Origin: Armatimonadota bacterium
GTDB lineage: Bacteria; Sysuimicrobiota; Sysuimicrobiia; Sysuimicrobiales; Sysuimicrobiaceae
DNA length: 64,000 nucleotides
Direction: 5' to 3'
Assembly: GCA_025060455.1 (NCBI GenBank)
Contig: JANXBY010000009.1
Location: forward strand, 50,003 to 114,002
How positions within the stretch are numbered: position 1 is the first letter of the stretch; each line of letters starts with the position of its first letter. This document shows positions 1 through 9,657 of the stretch, piece after piece. A program made the position numbers and the translations under genes. The notes below the pieces were generated by a model. That model did no database searches and was not told the DNA's origin. It worked only from the letters and a program-made list of their open reading frames with translations.

Positions 1-198
1 TTCAGAGGATCCTGTGGAGCAAGTTTCGTTCCAGACCGGCGGGGGCGGGTTGCGGGGGCAGTGGAGGTGTGCTACTGTTCGGTCACCCCGAGGACGGGTG
101 TGGGAAACCTGCCGGCGGGGTACAATCCTTGCTCTCAAGTAGACTGAAAAAGGCATGGCGGGGTCGGGGGCGCCGTGGCGAGGGGCCAGGAGAGGGCG

Positions 199-2604
199 AT
201 GAAGGCAGCCGGCACGAAGACCCAGGCGGAGCGGGAGCTGGCGGCGCTCCGGGAGTACAAGGCGTCGTTGGGCATTCCGCCCACCAACCAGACCCTGGAG
301 TGTGCGTGGAGGTACCACCAAGCGCTCAAGCACGTACACGCGGGCCGGCTGCAGGAGGCCATCGCGGAGTACAAGCGGCTCATCGAGCTGGCCCCCGAAG
401 AGCCGGTCCACTACATGGACCTGGCAGACCTCTACCAGTCGGGCGGCCACCTGAAGGAAGCAGTGGTGGTCCTGCTGACCCTCGGCGAGGTGTACGAGAA
501 GCTGGGCTGTGCCCAGGAGGCCGCGAGCGTCCTGGAGCGGGCCGCCGCGCTAGAGGCCAGGGCCAACGGCCACAGGGCAGCCCCTCGTGCGCAGGAAGTG
601 GAGCCGGCTGTCTTGGCCCCCGAGCCTGCCCCGCAGCCGGCAGTACAGGCGCAGGAAGTGCGGGCGGCCCCCACGGAGCTACCGCCCGCGCCGCCCGAAC
701 AGGAAGCCGCACGGGCGGCGGAGGCCACGCCGGCAGCCCCGTCGGACGGCGCCCCCGAGGAGGGGCCTTCTGCGGTGCTTTCCCCCTCCGAGGAGCAGGG
801 CGCATCAGCCCAGGCCGCAACACCCACCCTTCCGGTGCCCGACCCGGGTGCCTCCGCGCCCCCGGCGCCGCCCTCCGGCCCGCGGGCAGCCGCCCGGCCC
901 GGTGCGCCCACCTTGGTCCGGCGGGAAGCCCTCGGCGGGATCCTCGTCCGGATGGGGTTGCTGAACGAGTCCCAGCTGCAGCAGGCCCTGGACATCCAGG
1001 CCCGCACCGGTGAGCGGTTGGGCCGCATCCTGGTTCGCATGGGCCTGGTGACCGAGGAGGACCTCGCGAAGGCCATCGGGGTGCAGTGGGGCTACCCGTA
1101 CGTCAGCCTCTCAAACACCGCCGTAGACCCTGAGGTGGTGCGGCTGGTCCCGCAGCACATCGCCTCCCGCCACAAGGTGCTGGCCTTTGGGCGGAACGGC
1201 GACCGACTCCTGGTGGCCCTGGTGGACCCTCTCAACCTGCTGGCGCTGGACGACGTGCGGCTGGTCACCGGGATGGACGTGGAGGCCCGCATCACCACCG
1301 AGGACGAGTTGATGCAGGCCATCAACAAGTACTACCACGTGGGCTCCATCTTCGAGCAGGCGGTGGTGACGGAGGAGGAGGCCCTCTCGGAGGAGGAGGT
1401 CAGCATCGACCGCCTCCGGGAGATGGTGGACGAGGCGCCCGTGGTGAAGCTGGTGAACGTGATCCTGGACCAGGCCATCCGGGAGGGCGCTTCGGACATC
1501 CACATCGAGCCGCACCGCAACGGGCTGCACGTGCGCTACCGCATCGACGGGGTACTGCACGACGTCATGTCCCCACCCAAGAACCTCAAGGCGGCCCTGG
1601 TAAGCCGCATCAAGATCATCGCCAACCTGGACATCGCGGAGCGGCGCCGGCCCCAGGACGGGCGGATCCACCTGAAGGTGGACGGGCGGGACATCGACCT
1701 GCGCGTGTCCACCCTCCCCACCATGTTCGGGGAGAAGGTGGTAATGCGGATCCTCGACCAGTCCAACGCCCTCATCAGCCTGAACCGGCTCGGGATGGCC
1801 AGCGACGTGCAGGCGCAGTGGGAGGAGCTGGCCAGCAAGCCGTACGGCATGATCCTGGTCACCGGCCCCACGGGGAGCGGGAAGACCACGACCCTGTACG
1901 CCACCCTGAGCAAGATCAACACGCTGGACAAGAACATCATCACCGTGGAAGACCCCGTGGAGTACCAGCTCCCCCGCATCAACCAGGTGCAGGTGAACCC
2001 CAAGGCGGGGCTGACCTTCGCCACGGGCCTGCGCAGCATCCTCCGTCAGGACCCGGACGTGATCATGGTGGGGGAGATCCGGGACCGGGAGACCGCGGAG
2101 ATCGCCGTCCAGGCGGCCCTCACGGGCCACCTGGTGCTGAGCACCCTGCACACCAACGACGCGCCCAGCGCCTTCACCCGTCTGATCGACATGGGCATCG
2201 AGCCGTTCCTCATCACCTCCTCGGTCATCGGGGTCCTGGCCCAGCGGCTGGCGCGAACCATCTGTCCCAAGTGCAAGGAAGCGTACCGGCCTCCCCGGGA
2301 GGCGGTCCGGCGGCTGTCGGAGGAGCTGGCGGAAGAGCAGGACCTGGTGTTGTACCGCGGGGCTGGGTGCGAGTTCTGCCGCCAGACGGGCTACAAGGGC
2401 CGCACCGGGGTGTACGAGCTGCTGGTGGTCACCGACCGCATCCGGGAGCGCGTGGTGCAGAGGGCTTCGTCCACCGAGATCCGGGATGTGGCCCGCTCCG
2501 AGGGCTTCCGGACCATGCGGGACGACGGAATCCGCAAGGTCCTGGAAGGGGTGACCACCATCGAGGAGATCCTGCGGGTGGTGTATGTGACCGAGGGAGG
2601 GTAA
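199..2604 (+). CDS. Type II secretion / type IV pilus assembly ATPase (GspE/PilB family). It carries a long N-terminal extension; the ORF could alternatively start at 175.
   Basis: Walker A 'GPTGSGKTTT'; T2SSE N-domain-like segment 'REALGGILVRMGLLNESQLQQALDIQ'; C-terminal tetracysteine 'CPKC...CEFC'; GGAGAGGG RBS 5 nt before the ATG at 199. The N-terminal ~240 aa is TPR-like helix followed by a Pro/Ala-rich low-complexity linker. Confidence 0.8.
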   Translation: MKAAGTKTQAERELAALREYKASLGIPPTNQTLECAWRYHQALKHVHAGRLQEAIAEYKRLIELAPEEPVHYMDLADLYQSGGHLKEAVVVLLTLGEVYEKLGCAQEAASVLERAAALEARANGHRAAPRAQEVEPAVLAPEPAPQPAVQAQEVRAAPTELPPAPPEQEAARAAEATPAAPSDGAPEEGPSAVLSPSEEQGASAQAATPTLPVPDPGASAPPAPPSGPRAAARPGAPTLVRREALGGILVRMGLLNESQLQQALDIQARTGERLGRILVRMGLVTEEDLAKAIGVQWGYPYVSLSNTAVDPEVVRLVPQHIASRHKVLAFGRNGDRLLVALVDPLNLLALDDVRLVTGMDVEARITTEDELMQAINKYYHVGSIFEQAVVTEEEALSEEEVSIDRLREMVDEAPVVKLVNVILDQAIREGASDIHIEPHRNGLHVRYRIDGVLHDVMSPPKNLKAALVSRIKIIANLDIAERRRPQDGRIHLKVDGRDIDLRVSTLPTMFGEKVVMRILDQSNALISLNRLGMASDVQAQWEELASKPYGMILVTGPTGSGKTTTLYATLSKINTLDKNIITVEDPVEYQLPRINQVQVNPKAGLTFATGLRSILRQDPDVIMVGEIRDRETAEIAVQAALTGHLVLSTLHTNDAPSAFTRLIDMGIEPFLITSSVIGVLAQRLARTICPKCKEAYRPPREAVRRLSEELAEEQDLVLYRGAGCEFCRQTGYKGRTGVYELLVVTDRIRERVVQRASSTEIRDVARSEGFRTMRDDGIRKVLEGVTTIEEILRVVYVTEGG

Positions 2605-2638
2605 CTGCGCTCCCGAGCTCACACCCCACACGTGCCGA

Positions 2639-3700
2639 GTGGGCCAGGTGGAGGCCGCATTCCTTGTGGAGTTCAACGCCCCCCTGCAGCTGCGGGAGGT
2701 CCCCGAGCCATCCTGCGGGCCGCGCGACGCGGTGGTGCGGGTGGAGGCGTGTGGGGTCTGCCGTAGCGACTGGCACGTGTGGCGCGGGGACTGGTCGTGG
2801 GTGGGCGTACGGCCGGCCCTCCCGCGGGTGTTGGGCCACGAGTTCGCGGGTGTGGTGGAGGAGGTGGGGGAAGAGGTGGAGAGCTTCCGGCCCGGCGACC
2901 GGGTCACCGCACCCTTTCGGATCGCCTGCGGGCGGTGTGAGCTGTGCCGCGGTGGCAGGTCCAACCTGTGCCGGGAGCGGGGCGTCCTGGGAGTGGACCT
3001 GGACGGCGCCTTCGCCCGGAAGGTGCGGGTCCCCGAGGCGGAGGCCAACCTCGTACGGCTTCCGGATCCTGTGGACTTCGTGGCCGGTGCCAGCCTGGGC
3101 TGCCGGTACACCACCGCGTACCACGCGGTGGTCAACCGGGCCGCCTTGCGCCCTGGGGAGTGGGTGGCGGTGTTCGGGGCAGGGGGCGTGGGACTGTCCG
3201 CGGTGCAGGTGGCCTCGGCGGTAGGCGGCCGGGTGGTCGCGGTGGACGTCCGGGAGGACAACCTGCAGCGGGCGCTGCAGCAGGGCGCGGTGGCCGCGGT
3301 CCACGCGGGCGCAGTAGACCCCGTGAGGCGGGTGCGGGAGCTGACCGACGGGGAGGGCGCCCATGTGGCGGTGGAGGCTGTGGGGTTGGCGCAGACGGTC
3401 CAGCAGGCGGTGCGGTGTGTCCGACGCGGGGGCCGGGTGGTGCAGGTGGGCCTCACGGGCCGGGAGGAACAGGGCTCGGTGCCGATCCCCGTGGATCGGA
3501 CGGTGTTGCTCGAGATCAGCTACCTGGGCAGCGCGGGCTGTCCGGGCTGGGCGTTCGGAGGCCTGCTGGCCCTGGTGGCGGACGGCCGGCTCGCCCCGGG
3601 CCGGCTGGTGGGGCGCACGGTCCGGCTGGAGGACGTAAACGACGTGTTGGAACGCATGGGTCGGTTTGAAGCCTCAGGCCTGCAAGTGATCACCTGGTAG
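2639..3700 (+). CDS. Zinc-binding alcohol dehydrogenase (MDR superfamily)
   Basis: Motifs 'GVCRSDWHVW' and 'GHEFAGVVEEVG' (catalytic zinc site); structural zinc cysteines 'CGRCELCRGG'; Rossmann 'VFGAGGVG'. Confidence 0.8.
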   Translation: MGQVEAAFLVEFNAPLQLREVPEPSCGPRDAVVRVEACGVCRSDWHVWRGDWSWVGVRPALPRVLGHEFAGVVEEVGEEVESFRPGDRVTAPFRIACGRCELCRGGRSNLCRERGVLGVDLDGAFARKVRVPEAEANLVRLPDPVDFVAGASLGCRYTTAYHAVVNRAALRPGEWVAVFGAGGVGLSAVQVASAVGGRVVAVDVREDNLQRALQQGAVAAVHAGAVDPVRRVRELTDGEGAHVAVEAVGLAQTVQQAVRCVRRGGRVVQVGLTGREEQGSVPIPVDRTVLLEISYLGSAGCPGWAFGGLLALVADGRLAPGRLVGRTVRLEDVNDVLERMGRFEASGLQVITW

Positions 3701-3751
3701 GCTCCAAGCAGTCCACTCCGCGAGTACGGCCGCCCGCGCGGAGGTGGGAAG

Positions 3752-4885
3752 GTGAAGGACGGGTTCGTCGTGACCGCGGGCCGGGTTGTGGCCCCGCACG
3801 GAGACCTCGTGCCCGGACACGTGGTGGTGCGAGGAGACACCATCGCGGAGGTGGGGCCCGGGGCGCCCCGCGGGGCGGAGTGGCACTTCCCTGACGGGGT
3901 GTTGGTGCCAGGGTTCGTGGACCTTCAGGTGAACGGGGCTGCCGGTGTGGACTTTCTGGACTGCACCCCAGAACAGTTTTCCTCCGCGCAGCGCTACCTG
4001 GCCTCCACGGGCACGACCAGCTTCCTCGCCACCCTGGTGACCGCGCCCGTGGAGTCCGTGCGCCGGGCGGCCCGTGTGCTGGGCTGCGCCGCGGCCGGCG
4101 CGCAGCCTGTAGGCCTGCACCTGGAAGGCCCCGCGCTCAGCCCCAACCGCCGCGGCGCGCACGACCCCCGATGGTTGCGGCTGCCCACGGACGCGCAGCT
4201 GGCAGCCCTGCTGCGAGACCTCCGGGGGTGGGTGCGGGTGGTGACCCTGGCCCCGGAGCTACCCGGTGGCCTCGACCTGGTGCGCTGGCTCGTAGGCTGC
4301 GGGGTGGTGGCTTCCCTGGGGCACACGGACGCCACCTACGAGGAGGCTCGCCGGGCGTTTGAAGCCGGGGCCACCATGGTCACCCACCTGTTCAACGCCA
4401 TGCGCGGGCTGCACCACCGGGAGCCCGGTGTCGTGGGGGCCGCTCTGGAGGAGGGCCGGTGGGTGTGCGGGCTGGTGGCAGACGGCATCCACGTGCACCC
4501 CGCGGCCTTCCGGCTGGCCTTCCGGCTGCTGGGCCCGGACCGGATCGCCCTGGTGACGGATGCCGTGGCAGCCGCCGGCGCTCCGCCGGGCCGGTACCGT
4601 CTGGGCGGAACGGAGGTGACGGTGCGGCCCGGGGACGCGCCGCGCCTGCCAGACGGCACGCTGGCCGGCAGCGTCCTGCGCATGGACCAGGCGGTGGCCA
4701 ACGTGGCCTCCTGGGGAGTTGGGCTGCCCGAGGCGGTGCGTATGGCCAGCACCACCCCTGCGCGGGCGCTGGGCCTGCGCGACCGTGGGGAGCTGCGGGC
4801 CGGTTTGCGGGCGGACCTTTGCGTGCTGGTCGAGGGGCGCGCCGTGTGGACCGCGGTGGCCGGGAAGGTGGTGTGGCGAGGGTGA
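3752..4885 (+). CDS. nagA: N-acetylglucosamine-6-phosphate deacetylase
   Basis: 'VPGFVDLQVNGAAGVDF' and 'HLEGPALSPNRRGAH' are NagA signatures; amidohydrolase fold; GTG start after a GGTGGGAAGG RBS. Confidence 0.8.
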   Translation: MKDGFVVTAGRVVAPHGDLVPGHVVVRGDTIAEVGPGAPRGAEWHFPDGVLVPGFVDLQVNGAAGVDFLDCTPEQFSSAQRYLASTGTTSFLATLVTAPVESVRRAARVLGCAAAGAQPVGLHLEGPALSPNRRGAHDPRWLRLPTDAQLAALLRDLRGWVRVVTLAPELPGGLDLVRWLVGCGVVASLGHTDATYEEARRAFEAGATMVTHLFNAMRGLHHREPGVVGAALEEGRWVCGLVADGIHVHPAAFRLAFRLLGPDRIALVTDAVAAAGAPPGRYRLGGTEVTVRPGDAPRLPDGTLAGSVLRMDQAVANVASWGVGLPEAVRMASTTPARALGLRDRGELRAGLRADLCVLVEGRAVWTAVAGKVVWRG

Positions 4886-4927
4886 GCGCGGCACGGAACT
4901 TGCTAGGACCGTCCGTGGAGGTGCCCG

Positions 4928-5728
4928 GTGACGGACAGCCCGGTGGCGGTGGTGGGACTGCAGGCGACCGGCCTCGTGGTGGCCAGTTGCCTGGCAGGAC
5001 CGCACCGGCCCGTGGTGGCAGTGGAGCCGGACCGCCTGCGGCGGGGGCTTCTGCAGCAGGGGCGGCTGCCGTTCTTCGAACCCGGGCTGGAGCCCCTGTT
5101 CCGGGAGGCGGTGGGATGCGGGTGGCTGGAGGTGGCCGACCAGCTTCCGACCCGCGGGCGCTTGGTCTGCCTGGGCGAAGACCCACAGGGAGCACCCTGG
5201 CTGGAGGCGCTGCTGACCCGCGTGACCCCAGGGGCCGTGCTCGTGGTGCAGGCTGCCGTGCCGGTGGGCACCGCAGACGCGCTCCGGGCGCAGCTGCGCC
5301 GGTTGAGGGGGGACGGGTTCTCCGCAGTCGTGGTCTCGAACCCGCTGCTGCTGCGCCGCGGCCAGGCGGTGCGGGACTTCCTCCGCCCCCGGTGGGTGGT
5401 CCTGGGCGGAGACGAGCGGTGGGCTGTAGACGCCGTAGCCCAGCTGTACCGCGGCAGTGGGGCCGTTTTGGTGCGCACCGACCACCGCACCGCGGAAGCC
5501 GTGGGGCGGGTGGCGGACGCGCTTCCGGGCGCCTTCGGTTCCCTCCTGCAGGCCGCCCGGGAAGCGTCGGAGGCGTGGGGCGTGGACTTCGAGCTCCTGC
5601 GCCGGCTGGTGCTGACAGAGGTGACAGAGGGGGCGTTCCGGCGCTACGTGCACCACCTCGGACGCGGTGGCGCCAACGGCGGCCCCGACCTCGCACGGAC
5701 TACGCGGACGCCCGCCGGCGCGCTCTGA
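4928..5728 (+). CDS. UDP-glucose/GDP-mannose dehydrogenase family protein, truncated and degenerate (possible pseudo-enzyme or pseudogene)
   Basis: N-terminal NAD-binding and central-domain similarity ('SNPLLLRRGQAVRDFLRPRWVVLGG' resembles 'sNPEFLrEGsAvxDfxxPdRiviG'). The GxGxxG motif is degenerate ('GLQATGL'), the catalytic Cys is absent and there is no C-terminal UDP-binding domain. Confidence 0.45.
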   Translation: MTDSPVAVVGLQATGLVVASCLAGPHRPVVAVEPDRLRRGLLQQGRLPFFEPGLEPLFREAVGCGWLEVADQLPTRGRLVCLGEDPQGAPWLEALLTRVTPGAVLVVQAAVPVGTADALRAQLRRLRGDGFSAVVVSNPLLLRRGQAVRDFLRPRWVVLGGDERWAVDAVAQLYRGSGAVLVRTDHRTAEAVGRVADALPGAFGSLLQAAREASEAWGVDFELLRRLVLTEVTEGAFRRYVHHLGRGGANGGPDLARTTRTPAGAL

Positions 5729-6136
5729 GCGCGGTTTTGTTCCCCATGGACGACGAACTTCCGGACGACGCAGCGCCACGCCGGGTGGAAGCGCGCCGCG
5801 CGGACCTCGGGGGGTAGGGTCCGCACGCGCGCGCTTCCCTCCCCGGCGCCCTCTGCCGAAACAGAAGGCCCGCACGCACCGGGCGAACGGGCCCAAAAAC
5901 GAAACCACCGTTTTCGGCAACCCGGCCGACCTGCTCACTGCAGGTCCCGTTGGCTTTGCGCCCCCGCGTTACCGCGGGTTTGCCCTTTCGAACGGTGCGC
6001 GATCAGTTTTTGTACGCGCAAAATAGCGTGCGGCACCTCCCTTGTCAATCCCCCGACCGGTCGAAATTCCACCGACGCGCCGTTGCGCCGCGCGGGGCCA
6101 GGGCCTACCCTGGAGGCGCCGCTTGCGAGGTGTACT

Positions 6137-7789
6137 GTGCCGCGCTGGGCCGAGTTCGCGGCCGCCCTGGACGCCGTGTCCCGCACGGCCTCCAAACGGG
6201 AGAAGGTGGCGCTTCTGGCAGGCTACCTGCGTCGGCTCCCCGAGGAGGCCCTGCGGATCGCGTGCACGTACCTCACGGGCCGGGTGCTGCCGGCGGGAGA
6301 CCCGGACAAGTTGCAGATCGGCTGGGCCGCCGTGGTGGAGGTGCTGCAGGACCTGTCGGGAGCTTCCGACCGCGAGGTGTCGGAGCTGTACCTGCGGCGG
6401 GGCGACCTGGGCGACGTGGCCGCGGAGCTGGTGGCCCGCCGCCGGACGGTTCCCCTGTTCCGGGAACCACTGACCCTGGAGGGGGCCCACGAGCGGCTAC
6501 GCCGGGCCGCCACGGTGCGTGGGAAAGGCGCGGCCGCGGCGCGGGTTGCGGCGCTGCGGGTCTTGCTGGAGCAGGCGCAGCCCATGGAGGCGAAGTACCT
6601 GGTCCGGGTGCTCACGGGCGACCTGCGTATCGGCCTCAAGGAGGGCCTGCTGGAGGAGGCGGTGGCGGAGGCGTTCGACGCACCGCCGGCCGCGGTGCGC
6701 CGCGCGGACCTGCTGTGCTCCGACCTCGGAGAGGTAGCGTGCCTGGCCCGTCGGGGCGAGCTCGGGACCGCTTCCCTCCGCTACTTCCGACCTTTCCGCT
6801 TCATGCTGGCGGGAAACCTCTCAGACCCCGCGGAGGCGTTGGGGGGCGCAGCTCGGGAGGTCCTGGCGGAGGACAAGTACGACGGGGTGCGGGTGCAGGT
6901 GCACCGCCACGGGAGCCGCGTGGCCCTGTACTCGCGCACCCTGGACGACGTGACGGCAAGCTTTCCGGAGCTAGAGGACCCGCTGCTACGGCTGGCACCG
7001 GCGTACATCGCGGACGGGGAACTGGTGGCATGGGTCGGAGACCGGGCGGCGCCGTTTTCGCGCCTTCAGCAGCGCCTGCGCCGTCTGGACCCGCTTGCGG
7101 TGGCGGCGGACGTGCCCGTGGCTCTGTTCCTGTTTGACCTGCTGAAGCTGGAGGGCGAGGACCTGCTGGACCTCCCCCTGCGGGAGCGACGACGGCGGCT
7201 GGAGGCCCTGGCCTTTGGAGGCTCGGTACGCCTGGCCGCCGCGGAACGGGTGGGCGACACCCGTTCGCTCCAGGAGGCCTTCCGAGCAGCCCGCGGCCGC
7301 GGCAACGAGGGGCTGGTGGTGAAGCGCCTGGACGCCCCGTACCAGCCGGGGCGTCGGGGCCGGCTGTGGTTGAAATGGAAGGAGCCGTTTGGGACGCTGG
7401 ACGTGGTGGTGGTGGGCGCGGAGTACGGCCACGGGAAGCGCGCGGGCGTGCTGAGCGACTACACCTTCGCGGTGTGGGACGGGGACCGGCTGCGGGTGGT
7501 GGGCAAGGCGTACTCGGGCCTCGCGGACGCGGAGATCGCAGAGCTCACACAGTTCTTTCTGCAGCACACGGTGCGGGATCTGGGGCGGTTCAAGGTGGTG
7601 GAGCCGAGGGTGGTGCTGGAGGTGGCCTTCGACGCGGTGTCCCGCAGCGACCGCCACGACTCCGGGTACGCCCTGCGGTTCCCGCGCATCCTCCGGGTGC
7701 GCACGGACAAGACACCCCAGCAGGCCAGCACCCTGGAGGAGGTGGAGGCTCTGTACCGCCGCCAGAGGCAACCGGAGGACCTGACGTGA
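6137..7789 (+). CDS. ATP-dependent DNA ligase; the six-frame ORF begins at 6083 and the GTG at 6137 is the preferred start
   Basis: Adenylation motif I 'EDKYDGVRVQV' (KxDG); N-terminal 'FAAALDAVSRTASKREKVALLAGYL' typical of ATP-ligase N-domains; GAGG RBS 6 nt upstream of the GTG at 6137. Confidence 0.8.
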   Translation: MPRWAEFAAALDAVSRTASKREKVALLAGYLRRLPEEALRIACTYLTGRVLPAGDPDKLQIGWAAVVEVLQDLSGASDREVSELYLRRGDLGDVAAELVARRRTVPLFREPLTLEGAHERLRRAATVRGKGAAAARVAALRVLLEQAQPMEAKYLVRVLTGDLRIGLKEGLLEEAVAEAFDAPPAAVRRADLLCSDLGEVACLARRGELGTASLRYFRPFRFMLAGNLSDPAEALGGAAREVLAEDKYDGVRVQVHRHGSRVALYSRTLDDVTASFPELEDPLLRLAPAYIADGELVAWVGDRAAPFSRLQQRLRRLDPLAVAADVPVALFLFDLLKLEGEDLLDLPLRERRRRLEALAFGGSVRLAAAERVGDTRSLQEAFRAARGRGNEGLVVKRLDAPYQPGRRGRLWLKWKEPFGTLDVVVVGAEYGHGKRAGVLSDYTFAVWDGDRLRVVGKAYSGLADAEIAELTQFFLQHTVRDLGRFKVVEPRVVLEVAFDAVSRSDRHDSGYALRFPRILRVRTDKTPQQASTLEEVEALYRRQRQPEDLT

Positions 7790-7852
7790 CCCACGGAAGA
7801 GTCCCGCGGGCGTGCGTCTTTCCCGGGACGGAGGGGTAGGGTACCGTAGAGG

Positions 7853-9157
7853 GTGGAGGTCAACGTGGTGGTCCGGGCAGTCCTGCTCTTGCTCTTCGCC
7901 TGCGTTTCCACAGCTGCGCTGGCGGCCCCGCAGGGGCCGGTGGTGTACCGCATCCGGGTCGAGGGGGTGATCTCGCCTGCCTCGTCCATGTACATCAGCC
8001 GGGCCATCCGCGAGGCGCACGCCGCGGGTGCTGCGGCGCTGGTGGTGGAGCTGGATACCCCGGGCGGCCTGCTGAAGTCCACCGACGACATCACCAAGGC
8101 CATTCTGAGCTCTCCGGTGCCGGTGATCGTGTACGTGGCCCCGCCGGGTGCCCGCGCGGCTTCCGCGGGGGTGTTCGTGGTGTACGCGGCCCACGTGGCT
8201 GCCATGGCGCCCACCACGAACCTGGGCGCGGCCACCCCGGTGGCTGTGGGCGGCGAGCAGGAAACCGAGAGCCAGCGCACCATGATCCGCAAGGCCACGG
8301 AGGACGCGGTGGCCAAGATCCGCACCCTCGCCCGCCGGCGTGGCCGCAACGCGGAGTGGGGCGAGCGGGCCGTGCGCCAGGCCGCGGCGCTGCCCAGCGA
8401 GGAGGCGGTGCGCATGGACGTGGTGGATCTGCTGGCCTCCGACGTACACGACCTGCTGGCCCGGGTGGACGGGCGCACGGTGGAGGTGCTGGGTGCCTCC
8501 CGGGTCCTGCGCACGCGGGGCGCACGGGTGGTAGACGTGGGCATGGATCTCCGGGAGCGGTTTCTGGACCTGCTGGCGGAGCCCAACGTCGGCCTGATCC
8601 TGATGACGGTGGCCATCTACGGCATCCTCTTCGAGCTGAACAACCCCGGCGCGGTGCTACCCGGCGTGGTGGGGGCCATCGCCCTGATCCTGGCGCTGGC
8701 GTCCTTCGCCATCCTGCAGGTGAACTACGCGGGCCTGGCGCTCATCGCGCTGGGCATCGCCCTGCTGATGGCGGAGCTGTTCGTTCCGGGCTTCGGGATC
8801 CTCGGCGTCGGCGGCATCGTGGCGTTCATCCTGGGCGGGATCCTCCTGACCAGCAACCAGGAGCCTTACCTCAGGGCCTCCGTACCGTTGGTGGTGGGGC
8901 TGGGCCTGGCCACCGGGGCGTTTTTCCTGTTCGCCCTGGGCGCGGGGGTGAGGGCACAGCGCAGGCAGCCGGCCTCCGGCCCGCAGGCGTTGGTGGGGCG
9001 CGTGGGGCTGGCCAAGACGGACGTGGACGGCCAGGGGCTGGTGTTGGTGGCAGGGGAGGACTGGAGCGCGGAGGCCGAGGAGCCCGTACGGGCTGGGGAG
9101 CGCGTGCGGGTGGTGGGCGTCGAAGGGCTGCGGCTGCGCGTGCGGAAGGAAGGATGA
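7853..9157 (+). CDS. NfeD-family membrane-bound ClpP-class serine protease
   Basis: Signal peptide followed by ClpP-like 'VVELDTPGG'; multiple C-terminal TM helices; C-terminal OB-like domain; length is typical of long NfeD proteins. Confidence 0.75.
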   Translation: MEVNVVVRAVLLLLFACVSTAALAAPQGPVVYRIRVEGVISPASSMYISRAIREAHAAGAAALVVELDTPGGLLKSTDDITKAILSSPVPVIVYVAPPGARAASAGVFVVYAAHVAAMAPTTNLGAATPVAVGGEQETESQRTMIRKATEDAVAKIRTLARRRGRNAEWGERAVRQAAALPSEEAVRMDVVDLLASDVHDLLARVDGRTVEVLGASRVLRTRGARVVDVGMDLRERFLDLLAEPNVGLILMTVAIYGILFELNNPGAVLPGVVGAIALILALASFAILQVNYAGLALIALGIALLMAELFVPGFGILGVGGIVAFILGGILLTSNQEPYLRASVPLVVGLGLATGAFFLFALGAGVRAQRRQPASGPQALVGRVGLAKTDVDGQGLVLVAGEDWSAEAEEPVRAGERVRVVGVEGLRLRVRKEG

Positions 9158-9657
9158 CGGCCGAGCACGCGGCCGCAGGCCGCCAGTGGAGGAGTCCAGG
9201 CGAGGCCTACACCCGAGCCCTCGGGGAGGCCCTGGGTCGGGTGTTGCGCGCGGGTGACGTGGTCGCCCTGGTCGGGGAGCTGGGGGCCGGCAAGACGACC
9301 TTCGCTCAAGGGGTAGCCCGCGGCCTGGGCGTGTCGGGGTACGTAGCCAGCCCCACCTTCACCCTGGTGCGGGAGTACCGGGGCCGGGTTGGCCTGTACC
9401 ACGTGGACCTTTTCCGGATCGGTCCCGAGGACCTGGGCGGCATCGGGTTCGACGAGCTGCTGGACTCGGGCGCCGCGGTGGTGGTGGAGTGGGCGGACCG
9501 GGCCCCCGAGAGGATGCCTCGCGATTGTCTGTGGGTGTACATCCACGGGACCGGGTCGGAGGTCCGGAGCCTGCAGGTGACGGCTTGCGGCCCGCACAGC
9601 CGCCAGCTGCTGGACCTGTGGGAAGAGGAGGCGGAACGTGCGGGTGTTGGGAGTTGA
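9154..9657 (+). CDS. tsaE: tRNA threonylcarbamoyladenosine biosynthesis ATPase TsaE
   Basis: 'ALVGELGAGKTTFAQGVARGLGV...SPTFTLVREY' (YjeE family P-loop); 4-nt overlap with the upstream gene. Confidence 0.8.
   Translation: MTAEHAAAGRQWRSPGEAYTRALGEALGRVLRAGDVVALVGELGAGKTTFAQGVARGLGVSGYVASPTFTLVREYRGRVGLYHVDLFRIGPEDLGGIGFDELLDSGAAVVVEWADRAPERMPRDCLWVYIHGTGSEVRSLQVTACGPHSRQLLDLWEEEAERAGVGS

Noticed and set aside
69-1013. 314-aa ORF overlapping the 5' part of the pilB-like gene in another frame
   Set aside because: Gly/Arg/Pro-rich nonsense translation; the overlapping frame encodes a coherent TPR plus linker plus GspE N-domain protein.
6083-6136. Longer N-terminus for the DNA ligase starting at the ATG at 6083
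   Set aside because: The first 18 codons (MRRAGPGPTLEAPLARCT) precede the conserved ligase N-domain start and lack an RBS, whereas the GTG at 6137 has GAGG at -9. Kept as an alternative in the feature note.
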